A DNA stretch of 64,000 nt from the human T2T-CHM13v2.0 reference genome, Homo sapiens: the NCBI RefSeq assembly GCF_009914755.1, contig NC_060925.1. One strand, 5' to 3'. This document shows positions 13,201 through 23,585 of the stretch, piece after piece. The position numbers and the translations under genes are program-made. How positions within the stretch are numbered: position 1 is the stretch's first letter; every line of letters begins with the position of its first letter. The notes under the pieces are model-generated. The model was not told the DNA's origin. It did not search any database and saw only the letters and a program-made list of their open reading frames with translations.

Positions 13201-13899
13201 CACTTAGTATGAACTCAGCTTAAATTTGTGTCTTCAGTGGCTTAAACTCCTCTCTATGTAAATCATGGTAAATTGAGAAAGTGAAAAACTACGCCATGGA
13301 CTTGGCATTTGTCATGTCCCACACTGTGCTTTTATACAGACTTTTTCCCCTAGAATTTAACTCCAATATTCATATATGTATGAGAAGAAGTTGTCATGGA
13401 AGATGCTAACCACAGGCATATTGTATTTCTGAAAAAAGTGTTTGTTAAAGTTTTTGCAGCTGTAGCCAGCAACCAACTTAACAGTATCACAAGGGTAGCT
13501 ACATGTTTGAAATGAGAAATAGCAATTCTGTGAAACTGAAAAAAAAAATTTCTTTTGGTTAACATAGAATGAGATGAGAGGAGATGGATTTGCATGAATT
13601 AGAGAGTCTGAGGTTTTTTTTTAATGAGCATCTTTTTAAAAAGTATATGAGTAGAAACTTGATAGAAAGGCATTCTAAAGGAAAAGAGTCTCTCTTCCTC
13701 TGTTCATCCCCTTATCTGTAGAGATCAGCATTTACATCTTGGAGGTGAAGCTTCCAAGTGTACTTAATTTTGTCACATGGATGTGGGAATGCAGAATGTG
13801 GAATGTAGAGAGGAGGGGTGGGAAGGAAAAAGGGGATTGAAGAAGTTAAATAAGGCAGCAGGTGAATAGAAGGCTCCTAAGGGAGAAGCTTTAGGATCA

Positions 13900-15230
13900 T
13901 AAGGTTTTAATTTTTCTTCAACTAATACATATATAGATTCCAAATTCAAAGGGCACAAAATAAGTTTTCTTCTTCTAACTTTGAATCTACTTCCCCTAAA
14001 CTAGAGGAAGTATTTGGTACAGACTAAAACTACTACCTGCATATGTTTCCAGAGACTTTATATGCTTGTGTAAGCACAGACTTTAACAGTTTTGCTGTTA
14101 GCAGTTTTGCTATTAACTTGTTTTTCTATTAATGAGTCTTGATAAGCATTTCACAGTCATACAGAAAGAACAGCTGTCTTGAATTGTCATCTCGAATTGT
14201 TGAAAACAAACCCTGAATGCTCAAATCTGTAGGAACAACTGCATGCGTTTCTGTATTGTTTTATACACACATCAGATCATTTAACCATCTTCTATTGGTG
14301 AATACTTATAGCTTTATAAATAATTCTCCAATGAATATTTTGTGTATACTTGCAAATATACTAAGGATATAATTCAAAGTAGACTTACCAGAAGTAGAAT
14401 CCCTATGTCAAAGAGTATATCTCCTTAAAATTAAGTGTCTTGTGTCCGGAGAGAGCCCACAAGCAGTATACTAGAGGGTGTCTGATTCCCACATATCAGA
14501 CTTAGTGATCTTTGCCCATTTGATGGATAAAAATGATACGTTGAGGTTTTAATCTGCCCCTCTCTTAAGTAAGGTTGTGACTGTAATAGGTGTTTGAGAT
14601 GTAGTTTGTGTCCTTTGTGTCTTCTCTGTTGGGGTTCTTCTGGTATTTCTGATTTGTTGAAGCTCCTTATTCATTATGGAAATGAGTACTTTGCCTAATG
14701 TTACAAATATTTTTCCTACTTTTGCCTTCTGATTTTATGGTGTTTTTGAATTATATAGTCAAATATAGCAATTTTTGAGGCTTTTAGATTTTATGTGACT
14801 TATTTAAAAAAAAACTACCCACTCTGTATAAGTATATATAAATGCATTTCCACCTCAGTACTCTTAGAGTTTCATGCTTTTACATTCAGTCTTTGATCTG
14901 TCCAATCTAGATCTTAGTTTGGCATGAAATAGGGAGTCCCTTTCATTTTTTTCTTTTTGATAATTTAGATAACCATCCAGATGTTTTTCTTCACTTTACT
15001 ATTCTGAAATGCCTCCTTTAATTATATACTAAATCCCTTTACATATCTGATTTTGTTTCTAGATTTAAAAAATTTTGTTCCATTGATTTGTCTTTTTGGG
15101 CCAATAACATGCTGTTTCAATTATTGTGGTTTTGTGATATCTGTTACAGGCTAGTGCATATCATTCCTATTTTTCACAATGTTTTCTGGCTGTTTCTGCC
15201 TCTCCTACCATATGAACCTTACAAATTCTG
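13900..15230 (-). mobile_element. Old L1 (L1M-type) 3' region fossil, approximate bounds
   Basis: T-rich degenerate antisense L1 motifs (tttaaccatcttctattggtgaatactta.., caaatattttcct.., gttccattgatttgtc). Confidence 0.5.
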
Positions 15231-15787
15231 TCTAAAACAAATTCTAACTTTGAGTCTACTAGAAGTTCACATACTTTAAAATATATGAAAACTCTCAACC
15301 CTGTGTACTTCCCCCCACCAAAAAAAAGGCTCATAGCTTCCAGGCTATCACTAGTCTCAGATGTCCCTCCTCTAATGTTCAGAACCACCATTGTAGCGTA
15401 GGCATTGTCCTGACTTTAATCCTACATGACGTCTTTTTGAACAACTCCTTTAAAAAAGACTTGAGTCAGAATACATTCCTACAGTTATTCTCCTCTGTAA
15501 CATTATTGAGGTTCTTGCTGGAGATTTTAAAAAAATTGTTGCTTGTATCTCAAGTACTGCTTGCATTACAGCCTCTGGTTTCCGTGTGACTTCTCATGCC
15601 TGTGTCATAAAGATGAGCTTTGAAAGCACAACAGGTGATTCACACTAGCAAGTGAGTTGTATTTCTTCAGGTAGACCAACATACCTGAAATCTATAAAAC
15701 CCATGCCACCAAACCATAGTCTAGCTCTGGTCACAGTAAAGCCAGCCCCGTAACTTTCTGTAATTATTAGAACTTAATTGTGTAGCT

Positions 15788-16134
15788 CAGGGTTCCCCAC
15801 CCCCCTGACCACGGGCCAATACCAGTCCGTGGCCTGTTAGGAACTGGGCCGCACAGCAGGAGATGAGTGGCAGGTGAGCGAGCATTACCACCGGAGCTCT
15901 GCCTCCTGTCAGATCAGCAGCATATTAGATGCTCCTAGGAGTATGAACCCTAGTGTGAGCTGAGCATGTGAGGGATCTAGGTTGTGCCCTTCTTATGAGA
16001 CTCTAATGCCTGATGATCTGAGGGTGAAACAGGAACAGGTTCATGCTGCAACTATCATTCCCCTCTTCCAGGTCCATGGAAAAATTGTCTTCCACAAAAC
16101 TGGTTCCTGATACCAAAAAGGTTGGGGACCACTG
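15788..16134. mobile_element. MER1B (hAT-Charlie) non-autonomous DNA transposon
   Basis: Termini cagggttcccca...ttggggaccactg with typical MER1 internal sequence; degenerate 8-bp TSD gtgtagct/gtgtggca. Confidence 0.85.
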
Positions 16135-17532
16135 GTGTGGCACATACAGTGGACACAAATGTACTGTGTGCTAATCATGGGAGACCACAAAGAACTGCTA
16201 AGTGTTTAAAGGGCATGGCAAAAAGAGAACTCTACTATCCCAAATCTGCCTTGAAACCAAATGCCAGTCACAGTAAACATTATTCGTCACAGATTTTGCT
16301 TGGGATCCATAACCTAGGAGTGCTTTGTAGGATGATCTAGATAGCCTAGGACTTTTTAACGCTGTTCAGAGGCACTTTTGTCTTCCCCTCCACGAGTACT
16401 CTGTAGCGAGCAATAGAGCGCTCATCCCCAGATTGGTCCTGCAGAGCCTGCTGTGATCACATACTCAGCCCGCTGCTTTCTGCCTCTCGGCCCCAACCAA
16501 CAGCTCATGTTGTCTTTCTGTTGGCTTGTGTCCCCTCTCCATAAGTGAACTCCGTGACCTTCCTGTTCACCCCAACCAGGGACACCCTTTCTTCTACTTT
16601 TATATTACATTTTATTTCCACCACTGGAGTTGTCTACACAACACACTGCCTTGTATTGATAGCTCATATTTTCACCTTCTTCTTGATGGGAGAGCCTGAA
16701 GAGCTCATCTCCATGTACCCAGCAATGCCCTGACAACCAAGTAACAACCATAGGAGATCCCTGGCACCGGTGCAAGGCCAGAAATCCATGTTGGAACCCC
16801 AGGAGAATGCATGCCGATGTGTATTCAAACACAGCAGCTTCCAAACAATGAAACTGCAGAAGTCATTGGGATGGGTTTTATGTGGGTCTAGCAAGTCAGA
16901 AAGGCGGAGGGGGTGGGAAAACTGTTTACAGTGAAATCTGAGGACAGCGCCTTGACACTTTGTTCTGGGTTTTACATCCATCTAGCAAATATTCGACTCG
17001 TGGCTCTACAGGCACCTTGACATTTTAATATATGAGTATTTGTTTTTATATATTAGGATTTCCAGGGATCCATTGTGTTTTATTTTTTGGTAAGTATAAC
17101 ATAGCTGAAAATTACTTGGGAAACTTTGTGGTCCTAGCAGATGAAGTGGTGTTTTTCTCCTAGTACTCATTGCCAACTTTATTCTCCTCGGGTAGCTTTA
17201 AGGTACTATTGTTTTCCAAGTACACTTGAAGGCGCACACTGCCCGGGGGAAGTTGGCCATGTCCTGTGTTGGGCATCCTTGCTAGGAAGAGTGGTTCCAC
17301 TACATAGGTGACCTAACCTTTTGTTGACTCGAAATTTTGTCATAAAAACCACTCCTTGGTTCTACCCTAGATGACAAGTACTTGTTAGGATAGACTTCTC
17401 CTATAAATGAAAGGAACATGGGAATTTTGCTAAGGGAATATACTTTATTCTAGTAGAAGGGGATGGATTCCCACTTATTGGTGAGATTGTAGCCCAAAGT
17501 TGAGAATCCATCTACTTGTGGAGTGAAGGAAG

Positions 17533-17534
<2 letters not shown>

Positions 17535-17567
<33 letters not shown>

Positions 17568-17582
17568 TGTGTCTGTGTGTGT
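17535..17582. repeat. (GT)n microsatellite
   Basis: About 16 perfect GT units followed by an interrupted tail. Confidence 0.95.
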
Positions 17583-18082
17583 TGTATATTCTGTGTATGA
17601 ATGTTGTAGCCTAGACGAATGTAGACATTCTCTTTTTCACTATAAGACACCTTCAGCCTAGGTGTCAACCAGGTCGAGATGTGGTTAGGGAGCCAGAAAG
17701 CTGGAGGAGTAACTAATTCTACTGCGGTCCTATATGGTTTGCTCACATTCTGTTTTCAGAACATTTGAAACACACTCCGTTTCAGCACACTCCACCCTTA
17801 CCCAGAAAAAACAAAACAAAACTATGAAATAATCTAAAGTAATAGAGAATGAGTTTGTGTGTTTTTGTCCTTCTCTGCAGTGTCACTGTTTTTTACATAT
17901 TTAACTCATTGAGTCCTCATGGCAACACTGAGCAGTAAGTGCTATTTATCACCATTTTACAGGAAGATGTTCAGAGATTAAACAGTGTGAGTTCCTCGAG
18001 CTGCTTTGCCATGTAGAAGTGAATCCTAACTCTGCTTCTCACCCCTCACTTTCAGTTTCCCCAGCCAGAACATCCCCTGAAG

Positions 18083-19258
18083 ATGGCAGAGGAGAGCAGC
18101 TGTACCAGGGATTGCATGTCCTTCAGCGTGCTCAACTGGGATCAGGTTAGCCGGCTGCATGAGGTCCTCACTGAAGTTGTACCTATCCACGGACGAGGCA
18201 ACTTTCCAACCTTGGAGATAACTCTGAAGGACATCGTCCAGACCGTCCGCAGTCGGCTGGAGGAGGCAGGCATCAAAGTGCATGACGTCCGGCTGAATGG
18301 CTCCGCAGCTGGCCACGTTTTGGTCAAAGACAATGGCTTGGGCTGCAAAGACCTGGACCTAATCTTCCATGTGGCTCTTCCAACAGAGGCAGAATTTCAG
18401 CTGGTTAGAGATGTGGTTCTGTGTTCCCTTCTGAACTTCCTGCCAGAGGGTGTGAACAAGCTCAAAATCAGTCCAGTCACTCTGAAGGAGGCATATGTGC
18501 AGAAGCTAGTGAAGGTTTGCACGGACACTGACCGCTGGAGCCTGATCTCCCTCTCCAACAAGAACGGGAAGAACGTGGAGCTGAAGTTTGTCGACTCCAT
18601 TCGGCGTCAGTTTGAGTTCAGTGTGGACTCTTTCCAAATCATCCTGGATTCTTTGCTTTTCTTCTATGACTGTTCCAATAATCCCATCTCTGAGCACTTC
18701 CACCCCACCGTGATTGGGGAGAGCATGTACGGGGACTTTGAGGAAGCTTTTGACCATCTGCAGAACAGACTGATCGCCACCAAGAACCCAGAAGAAATCA
18801 GAGGCGGGGGACTTCTCAAGTACAGCAACCTTCTTGTGCGGGACTTCAGGCCCACAGACCAGGAAGAAATCAAAACTCTAGAGCGCTACATGTGCTCCAG
18901 GTTCTTCATCGACTTCCCGGACATCCTTGAACAGCAGAGGAAGTTGGAGACTTACCTTCAAAACCACTTCGCTGAAGAAGAGAGAAGCAAGTACGACTAC
19001 CTCATGATCCTTCGCAGGGTGGTGAACGAGAGCACCGTGTGTCTCATGGGGCATGAACGCAGGCAGACTCTGAACCTCATCTCCCTCCTGGCCTTGCGTG
19101 TGCTGGCGGAACAAAACATCATCCCCAGTGCCACCAACGTCACCTGTTACTACCAGCCGGCCCCTTACGTCAGTGATGGCAACTTCAGCAACTACTACGT
19201 TGCCCATCCTCCAGTCACCTACAGCCAGCCTTACCCTACCTGGCTGCCCTGTAACTAA
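18083..19258 (+). CDS. TENT5C: Terminal nucleotidyltransferase 5C (FAM46C), non-canonical cytoplasmic poly(A) polymerase, 391 aa
   Basis: Intact [13 protein letters not shown]...PTWLPCN recognised as FAM46C; pol-beta NTase signature G73-S74, D90-x-D92 and E166 present; strong Kozak context aagATGg; whole CDS in one exon. Confidence 0.99.
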   Translation: MAEESSCTRDCMSFSVLNWDQVSRLHEVLTEVVPIHGRGNFPTLEITLKDIVQTVRSRLEEAGIKVHDVRLNGSAAGHVLVKDNGLGCKDLDLIFHVALPTEAEFQLVRDVVLCSLLNFLPEGVNKLKISPVTLKEAYVQKLVKVCTDTDRWSLISLSNKNGKNVELKFVDSIRRQFEFSVDSFQIILDSLLFFYDCSNNPISEHFHPTVIGESMYGDFEEAFDHLQNRLIATKNPEEIRGGGLLKYSNLLVRDFRPTDQEEIKTLERYMCSRFFIDFPDILEQQRKLETYLQNHFAEEERSKYDYLMILRRVVNESTVCLMGHERRQTLNLISLLALRVLAEQNIIPSATNVTCYYQPAPYVSDGNFSNYYVAHPPVTYSQPYPTWLPCN

Positions 19259-22200
19259 CCTTGAGACCTGAGGGTTTCCACAGTGGGAACCCCAATAGGG
19301 CTAGGGCTCTCAGGTAGGGGAGCCTCCTTCTAGATGTAGGCATTTGGCTTTTAAAGGGGAACTCAGCTCTGATTCTGCTTTTTTTTTTTTTTTTTCCTTT
19401 GTGTACCCATTGGAATGGGTCTACAGTGTATCATGAGCCAACCCTCAAAGGACCCGTATTACAGTGCCATGTTGGAAAACGCTACAGGAAGCATGACCTA
19501 TCCACATCTTTCCAAGATAGACACTAACATGTCATGTCCCAAACATTAGCACGTGGGGGTTGAGCTCTGTGCAGTAATCGAGATTGGGAGAATTTGGGCA
19601 GCGCGTGAGAAGTGCTAAGCTACTTGTTTTCTCACTTGAGCCCGGGTAGGCTGTGTTGGCCCTCACTTGGGATTCTCAGCAGTTACATGAAAGTTGTGCT
19701 GATAATCTCTTCTCTTGTACCAATTTTAGTCAGGCAGAAAATGGTAAACATGAGGGTGCTCTTGTGACTTAATTTTTGTTCAAGGGACTAAGTTGCTTAT
19801 GTTTATTCCCTGTCAGCGGAGTGGAGAATGTCATTCATCAATAAACCAAAGCCAATAGCTGGAGAATTGAGATCTGGTTGAAAGTGGTTTATGGTTTACA
19901 TGCTGTACTATCCTGAGGAATTGCGAGATATTGCTGAGGGGAAAAAAAAATGACCTTTTCTTGAAATGTAACTTGAAAACAAAATAAAATGTGGAACATA
20001 ATGTTTAATTAGAATTGTGGTGGTGGTAGTGGAAGGGGATAATTGTAAATAGGAAACATGAATGTTCATTTTTTTCTTTAAAGAATTCTTATTAAATGGC
20101 TCCCTGCCTTTTTTTTCTTTTTTCCTCATCAGCTCTTTCATGGCTGAATTTTGTTTTATTCTTCCTAAGACTGAGGATTGTGCTGAGTCCAGAGTCATTG
20201 TGGTAACTGACATGAGGGTCTTCCCATGTTTTAACTGGAAACCCACTTTGGTCACATTCCAAGTATGACACAGCTGTTCTTCTGGAGTACTTTAGCTATT
20301 TTTTGTTTTTGTTCTTTTCGTTTTTTTTTTTTCCAAAAATAGTGACTTCCTTCTCCAGGTGTGTTTGACAGCAACTCAATTCAGGAATTTCGGTAGAACT
20401 GAGTGACCTGTGGAACTGCTTTAGAATCTAACCTGCTGTCTTCGTGCTCTGTGTGAAGGGGAAGCTGGGGGGTTAGCATGAAGTCTGGCCTTGTGTGCAT
20501 TGGAGCTTCCAAGGCACTTTGAAATCATTCCAGTATATTTGGGAAGAATTGAGTGAATGAGAATGCTCTTCCTTATTCTGGTAGATTTGACTTGTTTATA
20601 ATTCTGCACTTTAGAAGAAAAACAGTGTTAATCTGTAGTTGAAAGAAAGCTTAGTAGATGAGAGAGTTCTAGGCTACTGTGGCTTTTTCCAGTAGATTTA
20701 GATGAGATTATGTGTTTTGAAATGTTTTGTGGGATCCCTTAGAAAGCATCACTTCAGGGCAGAGACACTCAATATTGCCAGCCAGCTTGGGTTCTAAAGT
20801 GATTTAATCAAATTCATGCTCCTGATTTTTTTTTTCCCCCTTCCTTTGGCTATGAAAACCCAAAGCCCGGAGTGATTGTTTTCTCCTTGCTTTAAGCAGT
20901 GAAGTTATCCTAATGCAAAAGAGCTTAGTAGAAAATGAGTGGTTTACCTTTTTTTCTAAAAGTATATTTTCAAGTTTATTCTGGAATGTGATGTCTTGGT
21001 CCTCTTAAAAGCAGATCAGCCATGACTGAAACTCAAGGCTTAGCTGGTATCTATGTTGTGCTACATTAGGTGACTAGAAGCCACTTCTTAGTGTAATCAG
21101 CTCCTGTTTCCCTGTGAGCCTTAGTTATATTTTAATTCAGTGGCTTTGAGTCAAGGCCGGTTCTAATTGAGGGGACCCAGTGTGCTTCAGTGTTAAGAGT
21201 GGGGCAATGAAGAGTGAACCCCAATGAAGAGTGATCCCAACTTTGGAAACTATCTGGTCATTCATGACCTTAAAAAGCTGCCATGGTGGTCAAATGGCAT
21301 GTGTTTGCACAAAAATGACCGATGTGTTTAACCAAAGCTTTGAAATGTGATGAAGCCACCAACATAAGCACTTGCCTAACAGAAATCAGTATTTCTTCCT
21401 ACTTAGAAGGCTTGGGGCCCAGGGTAATGAGGCACCAGATGAAGATAAGATCTGCATCAAGGAATTAAATTTCCAGTTTGTCCTTGGGGTTCTTTCTGCT
21501 TATGTTTTTTCCCCCCCATCTGGTAATAGTCCTCTTCTGAGAATGAAAGGAGGCACAGAAGTTGCGAGAAAGACCCAGTCCCCAGTCTTTGCCACCATTG
21601 CACCATGGTTGTCTCGGAGTCCCTTCACCTGACCTTTTTAGTCAGCTCAGATCTTTTTGTAGTTTGAGAATAGACCTATTCAAGAGCTATCAGGGTTAAA
21701 AGCTGCACTGACCAAAGCTGTACTTTTAAAACACAACCCCTGGGCTAGTGATGTCTCTACTTGCTCTATGAGCCTTTTGCCAGCCTCAGAATAGGCGAGG
21801 TAACCTTGAATTTCAGGGCCCTGGAAACTCTAGCTGAAACCTGCCTTTCCTAATGCTCACACAAGCACCAGGTACCCTGAGCTTATACTGAGTCCAGTGG
21901 TTCCTATTTTATGTGTGTGTGTATGTGTGTGTGTTGAGTAACATGAAACTTGGCAGTAGCAGAGAGCACTGAAGTTCACATGCAAGTTCTAATCTAAAGT
22001 TAAGCAGTCTCTTATTTGTTTCGGGACTCTGATTTGACTCTTTTTCTGATGCTTTCAGCATGTCTGCAGCCTGTTCTCCTAGCCTGCTGCTTGGAGTCAG
22101 GTTGAGCATCAGTGAGATGAAGACAGTACCTTTTCCTCTCACATTGGCAGAATAGCACGCACTAGATGCCTGACCTTGAGCTCTAGTCTCCCCTTTAAAT

Positions 22201-23060
22201 CTTACCTTGGCAGTAACACATTATTCCTCATTCAATAATTTCAATGCTGAAACTGAACTCTATTACTAATGCCTTCCAATCAGAGTTCCTGATGGGGATG
22301 CCTGTGGGATGGCCCACACCTGGGGGACCTGGCAGATGGGGTGAGTTGGGTAAGGAAGATGATGCTTAGTTCCTGATAGATGCTACAGATGTAGTTTGGC
22401 ATTTCAGTTTTTGTCCAGTTTGATTTTCACTGGGGTTTGAGTCACAGCAAGCTGTGTATGAACTTGTGTTTTGTGGTGACACATTAATAATCAAATTGCT
22501 AAAACCCTGAATCTGCTTATTCTTCAGCTTCACCTCTGCACTAACCCCTTACCCTTATGGTACGTCAGGATTTTAACTAGTACTGCTTTGTTGACTTTGG
22601 GAAATGGTGCCACTCAAAAGCAACTTCCTAACTTGAGGAATAACTCCTTTGTAGTTTACTTTCTGGTACTGGTTGGTGCCTTGTATTGGGATACAGCTAT
22701 ATTCTTAGCTCAAATGTCCTCTTTTTGAGAGCAAAGTAGTTATCCAATGGTGAGACGAGACCCTGACGCTCATAGAGGCCATTCCTTCCTGGGTGTCGGA
22801 CCAGGGCTCTGTGTCAGGGAAAACCTTCTGGGTGGACTTTGTAAGAATCCAGTTTCCAAGGTTAGATTCACATCCTTAATCTTGCAGAGACTAGAATTTC
22901 ACAGCTCGCTTTGGAACATATTCCAATTCAACCAGTTAAAATCAGAGGACCAAGTCGTGGGGGAGGGGGGCGGTGTTGAGGAGAGGTATTTTTAAAGATC
23001 TGGCAACTTTTCAGGATTATTTGTGGAGAACTCTAAGGTTAAGATCAGGAAATAAAAGAC

Positions 23061-23089
23061 TGTGTGTGTGTGTGTGTGCGTGTGTGTGT
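23061..23089. repeat. (TG)n microsatellite in the 3' UTR
   Basis: tgtgtg...gcgtgtgtgtgt. Confidence 0.9.
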
Positions 23090-23556
23090 TCAAGTGCCTA
23101 AATCTTGTTTACCTATCACTTTAAAAAAATAATTGAAGTGTAAGCTAAATAAAATGCTTGGAGTTTTGCCTGGGCTAGTGAGAGTTGGTGCAAATTCTTG
23201 TGTGTGTTTGCATAGGAAGGTGAGATGACCATCTACTAAAGAGGAAGTAGCTAAATACAGATCTGTGGGTGTTTTTAAAAAAACTCAACCTATCTGGTGT
23301 TTTATTTTAATGGATAAAAATGTAATTTTTCTAAGGTAGCAACTTATTTCCAAATTAATATAGATGAAAAATAGATACCAATTAGACTAAATTGAAAGCT
23401 TTTTGTTCTATATTTGCATAGCCTTTGAAATATTTCTTAGTGCCTAGGAGGTCTGGGGATTCCTCTTTCGTGGTGGTCACTAACCTTACTTGATGCAGAT
23501 AAAATCACTTGTCAATGCAAAATGTGTTAGAACTTGATAAAGCTTTGAGTTTGAGA

Positions 23557-23585
23557 AATAAAGGTATATTTAAAATTTAAATAAA
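23557..23585 (+). terminator. Distal polyadenylation signals of TENT5C
   Basis: AATAAA at 23557-23562 and 23580-23585, followed by tgatttgtttcttct. Confidence 0.75.

Noticed and set aside
18026-19207. Several antisense ORFs over the TENT5C CDS
   Set aside because: Shadow ORFs caused by the codon bias of the sense CDS.
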